Positions 14,741 to 26,036 are shown, numbered from the stretch's first letter. The stretch: DNA of 64,000 nucleotides from Planctomycetota bacterium (GCA_044222185.1 JBGANV010000010.1:96001-160000); one strand, 5' to 3'. Numbers and translations: made by a program. Notes: generated by a model from the sequence alone, not told the origin.

Positions 14741-15214
14741 ATGTCGAAGAAATACGAGTCGACGGAACGGTTCCTGAAGCCGGATCCCAGGTACGGCAGC
14801 AAGCTCATCGCGAAGTTCGTGAACTCGCTGATGAAGCAGGGCAAGAAGTCCACCGCGCGCCGCGTCTGCTACGACGCGCTCGAGGCGGTCGCCAAGAAGG
14901 TTCCGGAGACCAAGCCCGAGGACATCTTCTCGCAAGCCATCAACAACCTGAAGCCCGTCGTCGAAGTCCGTTCCAAACGCGTGGGCGGTGCGACGTATCA
15001 GGTTCCGATGGAAGTGAAGAAGAACCGCCAGCAGTCGCTCGCGTTCCGCTGGCTCCTCGAAGTCAGCCGTTCCAAGAGCGGGCGGTCGATGAGCTCCCGG
15101 CTCGCCGACGAGATCCTCGCCGCCTTCAAGAACGAAGGCGCGGCGATCACGATCCGCGAGAACACGCACAAGATGGCGGAAGCCAACAAGATGAACGCTC
15201 ACCTCGCGTGGTGA
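14741..15214 (+). CDS. rpsG: 30S ribosomal protein S7
   Basis: RVGGATYQVP, HKMAEANK. Confidence 0.99.
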   Translation: MSKKYESTERFLKPDPRYGSKLIAKFVNSLMKQGKKSTARRVCYDALEAVAKKVPETKPEDIFSQAINNLKPVVEVRSKRVGGATYQVPMEVKKNRQQSLAFRWLLEVSRSKSGRSMSSRLADEILAAFKNEGAAITIRENTHKMAEANKMNAHLAW

Positions 15215-15262
15215 GTGCGCTCGCACCCGGCCTCGCGGACGGGTGCGCCTCGAATGCCCGCG

Positions 15263-15306
15263 GCGCTCTCACGCAGTCTTCATCGCGTAGAGCGTCTTCT
15301 TTTTTT
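15263..15306 (+). terminator. Intrinsic terminator-like hairpin with U-tract between rpsG and fusA
   Basis: GCGCTCT(C)ACGC...GCGTAGAGCGT followed by CTTCTTTTTTT. Confidence 0.55.
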
Positions 15307-15462
15307 GGGCAGACGAGAGTTTGACGCCATCGGCTGCGTAGCGACGGCCGGCCGGACACGCGAGTCCGGATGTGAAATTCGCAGGTGTGCAATGCGCGCG
15401 CCACGTCGGCGCGCCAGGGTCATGACGGCAGGGAAACCTGCCCGAACCACAGGTAGACGACC

Positions 15463-17520
15463 GTGAAGGCTTACGACATATCCAAGATCAGGAACATCGG
15501 GATCGTCGCGCACATCGACGCCGGCAAAACCACGGTGTCGGAGCGCATCCTCTTCTACACGGGAAAGGAGCATCGCATGGGCGAGGTGCACGAAGGCACC
15601 GCGACCATGGACTTCCTCCCTGAGGAGCAGGAACGCGGCATCACGATCCAGAGCGCGGCAACGACCTGCACCTGGCGTGACGTGACGATCAACCTGATCG
15701 ACACGCCCGGTCACGTCGACTTCACGGCCGAAGTCGAGCGCTCGCTCCGCGTCCTCGACGGCGCGGTCGGCGTGTTCTGCGCCGTCGCCGGCGTCGAAGC
15801 CCAGTCCGAGACCGTCTGGCGCCAGGCGAACAAGTACAACGTCCCGCGCCTCGCGTTCATCAACAAGATGGACCGCATCGGCGCGGACTACTTCAAGGCC
15901 ATCAAGTCGATCAAGGACCGCCTCGGCGCCAACCCGGTTCCGGTGCTGATCCCCATGGGCGCGGAGAAGGCGTTCTCCGGCGTCGTCGACCTCGTCAAGA
16001 TGCAGGCCATCAAGTACGACGAGGATTCGCAGGGCGCGCGCTTCGTGCTCGATGCGATCCCACCCGAGTACGTGGAGATGGCGAACGAGTGGCGCGAGAA
16101 GCTCGAAGAGAAGCTCGCTGAAACCAGCGACTACCTCTGCGAGAAGTTCCTCTCGGGCGACAAGATCACGTTCGAAGACATCGTCCGCGGAATCCGCGAA
16201 GCGACCTGCGCTGGCAAGATCACGCCGGTGTTCTGTGGGTCGGCACTCCGCAACAAGGGCGTCCAGCGCCTGCTGGACGGCGTCCGTTCCTTCCTGCCGT
16301 CCCCGCTCGACAAGCCGAAGATCAAGGCAACGAATCCCAAGACGGATGAGCCCCTCTCGGTCGAGCCTGACGACAAGAAGCCGCCGGTCGCCCTCGTGTT
16401 CAAGACCGTGAGCGACAAGCACGGCGAACTGACGTTCATGCGCGTCTACCAGGGCACGCTCCTGCCCGGGATGCAGCTCATGAACGCGCGCACTGGCAAG
16501 CCCGAGCGCATCGCGCACATCTACCTGATGCACGCGAATGAGCGCGAGTCGATCGAGGCGGCCCGCGCCGGCCAGATCTGCGCCGCCGTCGGCATCAAGC
16601 TCGCGGCGACGGGTGACACGCTGTGCCTTCGCGAGACGCCCTACGCACTCGAGGCCCCGACCTTCCCGCCGACCGTCATCTCGATGGCGATCGAGACGAA
16701 GACCTCCGACGACAAGGAGAAACTGGGCGACGTCCTCCAGAAGCTCATGCGTGAGGACCCGACGTTCCGCTTCTCGGTCGACCAGGAGACCAGCCAGCTC
16801 ATCATCTACGGCATGGGCGAGCTGCACCTGGAGATCATTCGCAACCGGATCGTCCGCGATCACCACATCGAAGCGAACGTCGGGAAGCCGCGCGTCGCCT
16901 ACCGCCAGACGATCCGGAACGAGGCGCAGGTCGACCTCAAGTACGCGAAGCAGTCCGGCGGCCGCGGTCAATTCGCGCAGTGCAAGATCATCGTCGAGCC
17001 GGCCCCCGGCCAGGGCGTCGTGTTCGAGAACGAGATCAAGGGCGGGAACATCCCGCGCGAGTACATCCCGTCGGTCGAATACGGCGTCAAGCAGGCCGCT
17101 GAGGGCGGCTGCGGGCAGGGTTACCCGGTCATCGACGTCAAGGTTCGGCTGATCGACGGCAAGTACCACGAGGTCGACTCGTCGGACATGGCGTTCCAGA
17201 TCTGCGGTTCGATGGCGTTCCAGGACGCGGTGAAGAAGGCCGGCCTGATCATGCTCGAGCCGATCATGAACCTCGAAGTCACCGTGCCGTCGCAGTTCCT
17301 GTCGCCGATCATCGGCGACCTGAATTCGCGCCGCGCGTCGATCAACGAGCTCGAGACGAGCGTCGAGCCGAACCTCGTTCGTGCCGACGTCCCGCTGTCG
17401 GAGTTCTTCGGGTACTCCACGGTGGCACGCTCGCTGTCCCAGGGACGCGCGGCGTACTCCCTGGAGCCGAAGGAGTATCGCGCGGTTCCGCCAGGCATGG
17501 TCGAGAAGATCGAGAAGTGA
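15463..17520 (+). CDS. fusA: Elongation factor G
   Basis: [44 protein letters not shown]. Confidence 0.99.
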   Translation: MKAYDISKIRNIGIVAHIDAGKTTVSERILFYTGKEHRMGEVHEGTATMDFLPEEQERGITIQSAATTCTWRDVTINLIDTPGHVDFTAEVERSLRVLDGAVGVFCAVAGVEAQSETVWRQANKYNVPRLAFINKMDRIGADYFKAIKSIKDRLGANPVPVLIPMGAEKAFSGVVDLVKMQAIKYDEDSQGARFVLDAIPPEYVEMANEWREKLEEKLAETSDYLCEKFLSGDKITFEDIVRGIREATCAGKITPVFCGSALRNKGVQRLLDGVRSFLPSPLDKPKIKATNPKTDEPLSVEPDDKKPPVALVFKTVSDKHGELTFMRVYQGTLLPGMQLMNARTGKPERIAHIYLMHANERESIEAARAGQICAAVGIKLAATGDTLCLRETPYALEAPTFPPTVISMAIETKTSDDKEKLGDVLQKLMREDPTFRFSVDQETSQLIIYGMGELHLEIIRNRIVRDHHIEANVGKPRVAYRQTIRNEAQVDLKYAKQSGGRGQFAQCKIIVEPAPGQGVVFENEIKGGNIPREYIPSVEYGVKQAAEGGCGQGYPVIDVKVRLIDGKYHEVDSSDMAFQICGSMAFQDAVKKAGLIMLEPIMNLEVTVPSQFLSPIIGDLNSRRASINELETSVEPNLVRADVPLSEFFGYSTVARSLSQGRAAYSLEPKEYRAVPPGMVEKIEK

Positions 17521-17526
17521 CCGCTT

Positions 17527-17550
17527 CGACCCGCGCGATCGCGCGGGTCG
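17527..17550. repeat. Perfect 24-bp palindrome after fusA
   Basis: CGACCCGCGCGA|TCGCGCGGGTCG is self-complementary. Possibly a 3'-end hairpin. Confidence 0.6.
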
Positions 17551-17875
17551 CCCGCCTCGGCTCCTGATGGCCGAGGCCGGCGCGGCGGCTCGCGGCTGAC
17601 CGCGCCCTCAGGGCCCGCCGGCTCGGCCCGGCCCCACATCCGCCCCCGTTGGTTGAAAGCGCCAACCAGTAGCGGCCTGCGGCGATGTTGCCGCGATACG
17701 TCCATCGGCCGGGCCGGTCGGCCCATTTCGGCGTGAAGCGCTACGGCGCGAATCGGCGCCCGGCGGACGTTGCGTATGCGGCGCATCGATCGCCGCACCG
17801 CCACGTGCGGCGCATTCGCCCACGCCGCAGTTCGTCGGCTGCGCACGACTCCACGGAAATTGCCGTGCCGACCGC

Positions 17876-17903
17876 TTGAAGGCACTGGATTTCTTGCCAC
17901 ACT
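17876..17903 (+). promoter_or_regulatory. Candidate S10-operon promoter
   Basis: TTGAAG, 16 nt, CACACT with an extended -10 TG. Same -35 hexamer and spacing as the rpsL candidate. Confidence 0.5.
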
Positions 17904-18221
17904 CCCCGTCCCAACGTGGTCGGCGAGTGATCGCGACCAGCGGGCAACCCCAGTCCATCGAGGCTTCGACGGACCTCCGGGACGTGACTCCAGTGAGTAA
18001 CTGACGGGTCACCGTTGCATCTCCTCGGAGATGCGCGCCGGAGCGGGGGCAATGCCAGAAACGCCGCGTGCCCGAGGGCGCGCGGCGCTCCTGCTTTGTG
18101 CCCAGCCTGGACGTCGTTCGCTCCAAATGGCAGGCACCGCCTCCATCAGGCCACATGGGAACGGGACCTCTGAATGTCGGATCGGTCCGTTCGGACCTAC
18201 CGGCGAAGAGCGAGCGAAGAC

Positions 18222-18530
<309 letters not shown>

Positions 18531-18580
18531 GTGGTCGCGGAACTCCCTGAGATTCGAGATCGACACCGAGGACAGTCACA

Positions 18581-19285
18581 ATGGGACACCTCTTACTGGG
18601 GCGCAAAGGTCGGATGATCCAGGTCTTCAGTGACACTGGACAGGTCATTCCGGCCACGATCGTCGAAGCGGGACCATGCACGGTCACGCAAGTGAAGACG
18701 GTCAAATCGGATCAGTACAACGCGATTCAACTCGCGTTCGACCCCGTCAAGGAGCGGTCGCTCTCGAAGCCCGAGATCGGCCACTGCAAGAAGGCCGGCA
18801 TCGGACCGCATCGCGTTCTCCGCGAGTCACGGCTCGGCATCGAGCCCACGCAGAAGCTCGGAGAGGTGATCACCTGCGCGATCTTCAAGCCGGGCGATCT
18901 CGTGGACGTCGTCGGTACCACCAAGGGACGCGGAACCGCGGGCGTCATGAAGCGCCACGGCTTCCATGGTCGTCCCGCTTCGCACGGTCACATGTGCCAT
19001 CGCCGACCCGGTTCGATCGGCATGCACTCGGATCCAGGCCGCGTCTTCCCGAACAAGCGCATGGCCGGCCAGTACGGCGTCGAGCGCTCGACGGTCAAGA
19101 ACCTCGAAGTGATTTCGGTCGACGAAGGCCAGCACCTCATGCTGATCAAGGGCGCCCTCCCTGGGCCGCGTGGTGGACTCGTTTCCATCCAGACGGCCAA
19201 GACGGGCGTCAAGAAGGTCCGCGGCGTGGCCCCGGTGTTGAAGGACAAGAAGACCGCCAAGACCGCCCAGAAGGCGAAGAAGTGA
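18581..19285 (+). CDS. rplC: 50S ribosomal protein L3
   Basis: DVVGTTKGRG, SHG..RRPGSIG, MAGQYG. Confidence 0.98.
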   Translation: MGHLLLGRKGRMIQVFSDTGQVIPATIVEAGPCTVTQVKTVKSDQYNAIQLAFDPVKERSLSKPEIGHCKKAGIGPHRVLRESRLGIEPTQKLGEVITCAIFKPGDLVDVVGTTKGRGTAGVMKRHGFHGRPASHGHMCHRRPGSIGMHSDPGRVFPNKRMAGQYGVERSTVKNLEVISVDEGQHLMLIKGALPGPRGGLVSIQTAKTGVKKVRGVAPVLKDKKTAKTAQKAKK

Positions 19286-19296
19286 GGGACTGATTC

Positions 19297-19917
19297 ATGG
19301 AAGTTCCCATTCTGAAACAAGGTCAGGCCGGTCGCACCGAGGTCGATACGTCGTTCCTCGGCGACAAGGTCAAGACTCGCACGCTTCGCAGCGCGATCAT
19401 CATGTACGAGGCCAATCAGCGCGTCGGCACGCACGACACGCTGACTCGCGCCGAGGTCGCCCGCGCCAAGAAGCCGCTGTTCAAGCAAAAGCACACGGGC
19501 CGCGCCCGCGTTCGGCATCCGCAAGTAACCCAGTGCCGCGGTGGTGGCGTGGCTCACGGCCCGCATCCCCGCGACTACTCGTATCGCATGCCGCGCAAGG
19601 CCCTGAAGGTTGCGCTGCAGTCTGCGCTCCTCTCCAAGTTCCGCGACGGACAGGTCGCCGTCGTCGATGCGATCGCGATGAACGCGCCGAAGACGCAGAG
19701 CGTCGCCAAGCTGCTGCGCAGCCTCAACTGCGAGCAGTCCTGCTTGATCGTCGTCGACAAGATCGAGAAGAACGTCCTTCTCTCGGTCCGAAACATCCCG
19801 CGCGTCAAGGTTACGGAAGTGTCGCAGCTGAATGCCTACGACGTCTGCTTCTTCCGCAACATGTTGATCACCGAGCCGGCCCTCGTGGCGCTGAAGGAGG
19901 CCAACTCCGATGCGTGA
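19297..19917 (+). CDS. rplD: 50S ribosomal protein L4
   Basis: KQKHTGRAR, RGGGVAHGP, SVRNIP. Confidence 0.97.
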   Translation: MEVPILKQGQAGRTEVDTSFLGDKVKTRTLRSAIIMYEANQRVGTHDTLTRAEVARAKKPLFKQKHTGRARVRHPQVTQCRGGGVAHGPHPRDYSYRMPRKALKVALQSALLSKFRDGQVAVVDAIAMNAPKTQSVAKLLRSLNCEQSCLIVVDKIEKNVLLSVRNIPRVKVTEVSQLNAYDVCFFRNMLITEPALVALKEANSDA

Positions 19918-20191
19918 TGCCTACCGAGTCGTGAAGCGCCCGCTGGTCACCGAGAAGAACATGGGACGCGCCGAAGGTCGTGGCGTGTACACGTTCGAGG
20001 TCGCCGGCGATGCGAACAAGGTCGAGATCCGCGGCGCCATCGAGAAGCTCTTCAACGTTCACGTCGTGAAGGTGAACACGAGCAAGAAGAAGGGCCTCGA
20101 GCGGCGGATCGGCTGGCACAAGACGATGGGTGTCGACGTCAAGAAGGCCATCGTCACCCTCCGTTCGGGCGAGAAGATCGACATCATCTGA
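19910..20191 (+). CDS. rplW: 50S ribosomal protein L23
   Basis: RPLVTEK, ANKVEI, KKAIVTL. Confidence 0.98.
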   Translation: MRDAYRVVKRPLVTEKNMGRAEGRGVYTFEVAGDANKVEIRGAIEKLFNVHVVKVNTSKKKGLERRIGWHKTMGVDVKKAIVTLRSGEKIDII

Positions 20192-20226
20192 TCCCGCCTC
20201 ATCGGCGGGGTCGCAGGACCCAGACC

Positions 20227-21063
20227 ATGGCAATTCGCAGATATCGAGCGAGATCACCGGGGCGCCGCGGCGCATCGGTCGTCGACTTCAAGGCGGAGCT
20301 CACGAAACGCGAGCCGGAGAAGTCGCTTCTCGCACCCAAGAAGGGTACGGGTGGTCGCAACGCGCACGGACACGTGACGTCGCGTCACCGCGGTGGTGGG
20401 CACAAGCAGCATTACCGCATCATCGACTTCAAGCGCGACAAGGATGGCGTGCCGGCGAAGGTCGCGGGCATCGAGTACGACCCGAACCGCAGCGCCAACA
20501 TCGCTCTCCTGAACTACGCGGACGGCGAGAAGCGCTACATCCTGGCGCCGGTCGGCCTAACGGACGGCATGACGGTCATCTCGGGACCCGCAGTCGAGCC
20601 CAAGGTCGGGAACTCCATGACGCTCAAGGAGATCCCCGTCGGTGTCGAGGTTCACAACATCGAGCTTCGACCCGGTCGCGGCGGACAGCTCGTCCGCTCG
20701 GCTGGGATGGTGGCCCGCCTCGTCGCCAAGGAAGGCGACTACGCGATCATCCTCCTGCCCTCGACCGAAATGCGCATGGTCCCGCTGACCTGCCGCGCGA
20801 CGCTCGGCATGGTCGGAAACCTGGACCACATCAACATCACGATCGGCAAGGCTGGCCGCCATCGCCACATGGGTATCCGCCCGTGGAGCCGTGGTTCGGC
20901 CCAGAATCCGACCGCGCACCCCATGGGTGGTGGTGAAGGTCGCCGATCAGGCGGTCGTCACCCGGTGTCGCCGTGGGGCAAGTTCGCCAAGGGCGGCAAG
21001 ACCCGCAAGAAGAAGAACGCCACGAGCCGCTTCATCATCCGCGGTCGCAAGAAGGCGAGGTGA
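20227..21063 (+). CDS. rplB: 50S ribosomal protein L2
   Basis: [25 protein letters not shown]. Confidence 0.99.
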   Translation: MAIRRYRARSPGRRGASVVDFKAELTKREPEKSLLAPKKGTGGRNAHGHVTSRHRGGGHKQHYRIIDFKRDKDGVPAKVAGIEYDPNRSANIALLNYADGEKRYILAPVGLTDGMTVISGPAVEPKVGNSMTLKEIPVGVEVHNIELRPGRGGQLVRSAGMVARLVAKEGDYAIILLPSTEMRMVPLTCRATLGMVGNLDHINITIGKAGRHRHMGIRPWSRGSAQNPTAHPMGGGEGRRSGGRHPVSPWGKFAKGGKTRKKKNATSRFIIRGRKKAR

Positions 21064-21066
21064 TCG

Positions 21067-21360
21067 ATGAGCCGTTCCACCAAGAAGGGCCCGTACGTAG
21101 ACGCCAAGCTCCTCGCGCGCACCCTCGCGCAGAAGGAGCGCGGACGCAACGAGCCTCTGAAGACATGGGCACGTTCGTGCACCGTCACCCCGGACTTCGT
21201 GGGCCACACCTACATGGTTCACAACGGCAAGACCCACATGAAGGTCTTCATCACCGAGGAGATGGTCGGTCACAAGCTCGGCGAGTTCGCCCCGACGCGG
21301 ACCTTCCGCGGCCACGGCGGCGAGAAGAAGGAGGCGGCAAGTGCCCCAGCAGCCCGATAA
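21067..21360 (+). CDS. rpsS: 30S ribosomal protein S19
   Basis: [20 protein letters not shown]. Confidence 0.99.
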   Translation: MSRSTKKGPYVDAKLLARTLAQKERGRNEPLKTWARSCTVTPDFVGHTYMVHNGKTHMKVFITEEMVGHKLGEFAPTRTFRGHGGEKKEAASAPAAR

Positions 21361-21787
21361 TTCGAACGCGCCCGAGTATCGCGCTCGGTTGCACTACGCC
21401 CCGATGGCCTCGCGCAAGGCGAAGCAGGTCGTCGACCTCATTCGCGGGAAGTCAGTCAACCAGGCTCTCGAGCAGCTCATGTACATCAATCGGCGCGCTG
21501 CGCCGATGCTGTCGAAGCTCCTGAAGTCCGCAGTCGCAAACGCCAGCCAGGCTGGTGCGGTCGACGTGAACGAGCTGTTCGTCAAGTACGTCGTGGCGAA
21601 CGAAGGCCCGCTCAAGCAGCGCCGCATGCGGTTCCGTCCGGGCCCCCAGGGCCGCGCGATGCCGATCCGCAAGCGAACCACGCACTTCGAGCTCGTTCTC
21701 AGTGTCCGGGAGACGAAGAAGGGTGGCGGACGTCGAGCCCGTCGCCAGAAGGCCGAGCCTGCCGCGACCGGCGGCAAGACGGAGTGA
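21341..21787 (+). CDS. rplV: 50S ribosomal protein L22
   Basis: [23 protein letters not shown]. Start codon uncertain. Confidence 0.95.
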   Translation: MPQQPDNSNAPEYRARLHYAPMASRKAKQVVDLIRGKSVNQALEQLMYINRRAAPMLSKLLKSAVANASQAGAVDVNELFVKYVVANEGPLKQRRMRFRPGPQGRAMPIRKRTTHFELVLSVRETKKGGGRRARRQKAEPAATGGKTE

Positions 21788-21793
21788 TCGTTC

Positions 21794-22501
21794 ATGGGGC
21801 AAAAAGTCCATCCACTCGGTTTCCGTATCGGAATCAACGAGCGCTGGCGTTCCCGCTGGAATTCCTCGAAGAAGGACTTCCCGCGCACCCTCAAGGAAGA
21901 CCAGACGATCCGCCGGTACATCAAGTCGAAGTACTTCTTCGCTGGCATCCCGATGGTCGAGATCGAGCGCACGGGTGAGAACACGACGATCATCGTGCAC
22001 ACCGCGCGCCCGGGGCTGCTCATCGGCAAGAAGGGCAAGAAGCTCGAAGAGATCCAGCAAGAGGTCGAGCAGCTGATCAAGGACAAGACGCGGAAGATCC
22101 GCCTCACGATCTCGGAAGTGAACCGGCCGGAACTGAACGGCCAGCTCGTCGCCGAGTCGGTCCGCGAGCAGCTCGAGAAGCGCCAGGCCTTCCGCCGCGT
22201 GCTGAAGAAGGCCCTCCAGACGACGATGAACGCCGGCGCTGGTGGCGTGAAGGTCATGTTGTCGGGTCGCCTCGGCGGCGCCGAAATGTCCCGCTGCGAG
22301 GACTCGCACCTCGGTCGGTTGCCCCTGACGGATCTCGACGCCGAGATCAACTTCGGGTTCACCGAGGCCGTGACGCCGTACGGACACATCGGCGTGAAGT
22401 GCTGGATCTACCTCGGCAAGTACAGCAAGCAGAAGACCGGTGCCGGCATCGGCATGCGTCGCCCCACGGCCGTCCAGCCGCGCGGCGAGGCGGAAGCGTA
22501 A
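21794..22501 (+). CDS. rpsC: 30S ribosomal protein S3
   Basis: MGQKVHPLGFR, ARPGLLIG, SGRLGGAEM. Confidence 0.99.
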   Translation: MGQKVHPLGFRIGINERWRSRWNSSKKDFPRTLKEDQTIRRYIKSKYFFAGIPMVEIERTGENTTIIVHTARPGLLIGKKGKKLEEIQQEVEQLIKDKTRKIRLTISEVNRPELNGQLVAESVREQLEKRQAFRRVLKKALQTTMNAGAGGVKVMLSGRLGGAEMSRCEDSHLGRLPLTDLDAEINFGFTEAVTPYGHIGVKCWIYLGKYSKQKTGAGIGMRRPTAVQPRGEAEA

Positions 22502-22516
22502 TCGGAGAGTCATCCC

Positions 22517-22936
22517 ATGGCGATGATGCCCAAAAGGGTCAAGTACCGGAAAAGCCAGCGCGGCCGCGTGAAGGGCAACGCCACACGTGGCAACGTCGTG
22601 AGCTTCGGCGAGTTCGGGCTCCAGGCGCTCGATGCGGCGTGGATTCCGGCCAAGCAGATCGAAGCCGGGCGCATCGCGGCGAGCCACTTCCTCAGCGGCG
22701 AAGGCCGGATCTTCGTGCGGATCTTCCCGCAGAAGTCCGTCACTGCGAAGCCGCTGGAAGTGCGAATGGGTATGGGCAAGGGTGACATCGAGTACTGGTG
22801 CGCGGTCGTGAAGCCGGGAACGGTCCTTTACGAGATCGGTGGCGTTCCGGTGGAGTCCGCGCGTACGGCCCTGCTGCGCGTCGCCCACAAGCTGCCCATC
22901 CGTTGCCGGTTCGTCCGTCGTCGTCACAAGGTGTGA
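22517..22936 (+). CDS. rplP: 50S ribosomal protein L16
   Basis: PKRVKYRK, QIEAGR, RMGMGKG. Confidence 0.99.
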   Translation: MAMMPKRVKYRKSQRGRVKGNATRGNVVSFGEFGLQALDAAWIPAKQIEAGRIAASHFLSGEGRIFVRIFPQKSVTAKPLEVRMGMGKGDIEYWCAVVKPGTVLYEIGGVPVESARTALLRVAHKLPIRCRFVRRRHKV

Positions 22937-22957
22937 CCGTCCGGGAGTGCTGCGAAC

Positions 22958-23164
22958 ATGAAGATGACCGAGATTCGAGTTCTGAAGGATGACGATCTGC
23001 GCGTGCAGATCGCCACTCTGAAGCGAGAACTCTTCGACATGCGATTCAAGGATGCGGTCGAGCAGATCGCCCAGCCGTCACGCCTGCGCGACGTGCGACG
23101 GGACATCGCCCGGATGAACACCGTCCTTCGCGAGCGTCAGAAGCCTGGGAAGGCAGCGTCATGA
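22958..23164 (+). CDS. rpmC: 50S ribosomal protein L29
   Basis: ELFDMRF, RRDIARMNT. Confidence 0.96.
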   Translation: MKMTEIRVLKDDDLRVQIATLKRELFDMRFKDAVEQIAQPSRLRDVRRDIARMNTVLRERQKPGKAAS

Positions 23165-23469
23165 CCGAAACCAACGACATCAAGGACGATCGCGGCAACC
23201 GCAAGGCGTACATCGGCGTCGTCACGAGCGACAAGATGGAGAAGACCATCACCGTGCGCGTCGATCGCCTCGTCAAGCACGGGGTGTTCGGCAAGTACAT
23301 GCGCCGAAAGACCGTCCTCAAGGCACACGACGAGAAGGAAGAAGCGAGCACCGGCGATCGCGTGGAGATCGTCGAGAGCCGCGCTTTTTCCCGCACGAAG
23401 CGCTTCCGGCTGGTCCGGGTGCTCGAGAAGGCCCGCAACACGGCGCCCGACTTCATCCAGGAGGCGTGA
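23161..23469 (+). CDS. rpsQ: 30S ribosomal protein S17
   Basis: GVVTSDKMEKT, KAHDE, SRTKRF. Confidence 0.98.
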   Translation: MTETNDIKDDRGNRKAYIGVVTSDKMEKTITVRVDRLVKHGVFGKYMRRKTVLKAHDEKEEASTGDRVEIVESRAFSRTKRFRLVRVLEKARNTAPDFIQEA

Positions 23470-23472
23470 TCC

Positions 23473-23841
23473 ATGATCCAAGAACAAACGATGCTCGACG
23501 TCGCCGACAACACCGGCGCCAAGATCGTGATGTGCATCAAGGTGCTCGGCGGCACGCGCCGGCGCTATGCGTCGCTTGGTGACGTGGTCGTCGGCGCCGT
23601 GAAGAAGGCGATCCCGAGCGGCACCGTCAAGCAAGGCGAGGTCGTCAAGGGCGTCATCGTCCGCACGCGCCGTCCGGTGCGGCGTGAGGACGGCTCCTAC
23701 GTCCGGTTCGACAAGAATGCGATCGTGCTCCTGGACGCGGCCAACGAGCCCCGCGGGACGCGCATCTTCGGTGCCGTGGCACGTGAGCTGCGGGCCAAGA
23801 ACTTCATGAAGATCATCTCACTCGCGTCGGAAGTCGTCTGA
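23473..23841 (+). CDS. rplN: 50S ribosomal protein L14
   Basis: [26 protein letters not shown]. Confidence 0.99.
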   Translation: MIQEQTMLDVADNTGAKIVMCIKVLGGTRRRYASLGDVVVGAVKKAIPSGTVKQGEVVKGVIVRTRRPVRREDGSYVRFDKNAIVLLDAANEPRGTRIFGAVARELRAKNFMKIISLASEVV

Positions 23842-23865
23842 ACCTCGACTGCGACGAGCGAAGCC

Positions 23866-24228
23866 ATGAACAAGATCAGAACGAACGACGAGGTCGTGAT
23901 CCTGGCAGGGAAGGACCGCGGTAAGCGCGGAAGAGTCCTGCGCGTGATCCTGAAGCACAACCGCGTGGTTGTGGAAGGCGTCAACGTCATCACACGCCAC
24001 CTCAAGCGCAATCCCCAGAACCCGCAGGCCGGCGGCCGCGTCCACCGTCCGGGCCCCATCGCGATCTCCAACGTCGCGTTGTGGTCCGACAGCGACGGCA
24101 AGGGCGTCCGCGTTCGCATGACGGGGGCCGGCAAGGACAAGACGCGCGTCTCCGCGAAGTCCGGCGCAACGATCGGCGGAACCAAGGGCGGCAAGGCCGC
24201 TCGCCCCGCCAAGGAAAAGAAGAAGTAG
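23866..24228 (+). CDS. rplX: 50S ribosomal protein L24
   Basis: KOW motif VILAGKDRGKRG, VEGVN, ISNV. Confidence 0.97.
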   Translation: MNKIRTNDEVVILAGKDRGKRGRVLRVILKHNRVVVEGVNVITRHLKRNPQNPQAGGRVHRPGPIAISNVALWSDSDGKGVRVRMTGAGKDKTRVSAKSGATIGGTKGGKAARPAKEKKK

Positions 24229-24261
24229 GCCGCCCGGGGTCACTCGCAAAAGGACTGAGCC

Positions 24262-24825
24262 ATGGCTAGTGCAGTCGTCGAAAAACCGCGGATGGAAGTG
24301 AAGTACCGGACGGAGATCGTTCCGGCACTGATGAAGAAGTTCAATCTGAAGAACATCCATCAGGTTCCGCGTCTCCGGAAGATCGCCCTCAACATGGGCG
24401 TCGGCAAGGCGATCGACAACAAGAAGCGCATCGAGGAAGCGGTGCAGCACATGACCGCCATCGCGGGCCAGAAGCCCGTGATCACGCTGGCCAAGCACGC
24501 CATCGCCGGATTCCGCCTTCGCGAGAACATGCCGATCGGCTGCAAGGTCGATCTGCGAGGCGCTCGGATGTGGGAGTTCCTCGACCGCCTCATCTCGCTC
24601 GCCGTTCCGCGTATCCGTGACTTTCGTGGCCTTAAGGCCAACTCGTTCGATGGCCGCGGCAACTACACGATGGGGTTGTCGGAGCAGAGCGTGTTCCCCG
24701 AGATCAACATGGACAAGGCCGAGTTCACGCAAGGACTCGACGTCACGATGGTGATCTCCGGAGGCAGCGACGAGATGTCCTCCGAGCTGCTCACGCTCAT
24801 CGGAATGCCATTCAAGCGAAACTGA
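24262..24825 (+). CDS. rplE: 50S ribosomal protein L5
   Basis: [27 protein letters not shown]. Confidence 0.99.
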   Translation: MASAVVEKPRMEVKYRTEIVPALMKKFNLKNIHQVPRLRKIALNMGVGKAIDNKKRIEEAVQHMTAIAGQKPVITLAKHAIAGFRLRENMPIGCKVDLRGARMWEFLDRLISLAVPRIRDFRGLKANSFDGRGNYTMGLSEQSVFPEINMDKAEFTQGLDVTMVISGGSDEMSSELLTLIGMPFKRN

Positions 24826-24841
24826 AACGGGGATCCACTCA

Positions 24842-25027
24842 GTGGCTACCAAATCGCAAGTCAACAAGTCGCTCGGAACGCCGAAGTTCAAGACTCGCCA
24901 CCGCCGGCGCTGCACGTTGTGCGGCCGCGGGCGCGGCGTGTACCAGAAGTTCGGAGTCTGCCGCATCTGCTTCCGCAACTTGGCGAACCGCGGAGAGATT
25001 CCTGGAGTTCGGAAGGCCAGCTGGTGA
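24842..25027 (+). CDS. rpsN: 30S ribosomal protein S14, short zinc-binding type
   Basis: 61 aa with CTLCGR...CRICFR and GVRKASW. Confidence 0.98.
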   Translation: MATKSQVNKSLGTPKFKTRHRRRCTLCGRGRGVYQKFGVCRICFRNLANRGEIPGVRKASW

Positions 25028-25047
25028 CCTACCGGACGGAGTGATTC

Positions 25048-25446
25048 ATGAGCAATTCTGATCCGATCTCCGACCTCCTGACGCGTATCCGCAACGCGAC
25101 GCGCAACCGCGTCGCGCACGTGGACGTCCCGGCGTCACGGACCAAGCAGGGTGTCGTCGAGACGCTGAAGCGCACCGGATTCGTCCGCGACTTCCGCGTC
25201 GTGGAAGACGAACAGCAAGGCATGATCCGGGTGTTCCTCAAGTACGGCCCGGACGGCGAGACCATCATCAACCGCATCGAGCGCATCAGCCGCCCCGGGC
25301 GCCGGGTCTACCGGGCCTGTGGCGAGTTGCCGCGAGTCCTCGACGGCCTCGGCATCGCGGTAGTCAGCACGAACAAGGGCATTCTCTCGGACCAGGAAGC
25401 ACGAGCCGCGAAAGTCGGCGGCGAAGTGTTGTGCCAGGTCTGGTGA
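25048..25446 (+). CDS. rpsH: 30S ribosomal protein S8
   Basis: DPISDLLTRIRNA, SRPGRRVY, GGEVLC. Confidence 0.99.
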   Translation: MSNSDPISDLLTRIRNATRNRVAHVDVPASRTKQGVVETLKRTGFVRDFRVVEDEQQGMIRVFLKYGPDGETIINRIERISRPGRRVYRACGELPRVLDGLGIAVVSTNKGILSDQEARAAKVGGEVLCQVW

Positions 25447-25475
25447 TGTCGGACTGAACAGAAGCGAGACGAGTC

Positions 25476-26030
25476 ATGTCCCGTATCGGTGTCAAACCAG
25501 TGGCGGTTCCCTCGGGCGTCACGATCCAGGTCAAGGACCGGACCGTCGTCGCCAAGGGACCCAAGGGTGAACTTCAGTGCGCGATCGGCCCGGGGTTCTC
25601 GGTGCAGGTCGACGACCAGAAGAAGCAGGTCGCCGTCAAGCGTCCCGACGACGACCGCCAGAACCGCGCGCGTCACGGCCTCTACCGCGCCCTCATCAAC
25701 AACATGGTGAAGGGCGTCTCGGTGGGGTTCCAACGCGGCCTCGAGATCGAAGGCGTCGGTTACAACGCACGCCTCGAGGGCAAGAACAAGCTCACGCTGA
25801 ACATCGGGTTCTGCAACCCGGTCGACTTCACGATCCCGGCCGGCCTGACCGTCGAGTGCCCCAAGCCGACCCAGATCATGATCAAGGGCGCCGACCGGCA
25901 GCAGGTCGGCCAGTTCGCGGCCATCGTTCGCAAGGTGCGGCCGCCCGAACCCTACAAGGGCAAGGGCATTCGCTACGAGCGCGAGGTCATCGAGCGCAAG
26001 GCCGGCAAGGCTGTCGGCGGAAAGGCGTAA
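25476..26030 (+). CDS. rplF: 50S ribosomal protein L6
   Basis: MSRIG, KGPKGEL, RPPEPYKGKGIRY. Confidence 0.99.
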   Translation: MSRIGVKPVAVPSGVTIQVKDRTVVAKGPKGELQCAIGPGFSVQVDDQKKQVAVKRPDDDRQNRARHGLYRALINNMVKGVSVGFQRGLEIEGVGYNARLEGKNKLTLNIGFCNPVDFTIPAGLTVECPKPTQIMIKGADRQQVGQFAAIVRKVRPPEPYKGKGIRYEREVIERKAGKAVGGKA

Positions 26031-26036
26031 TCGACC

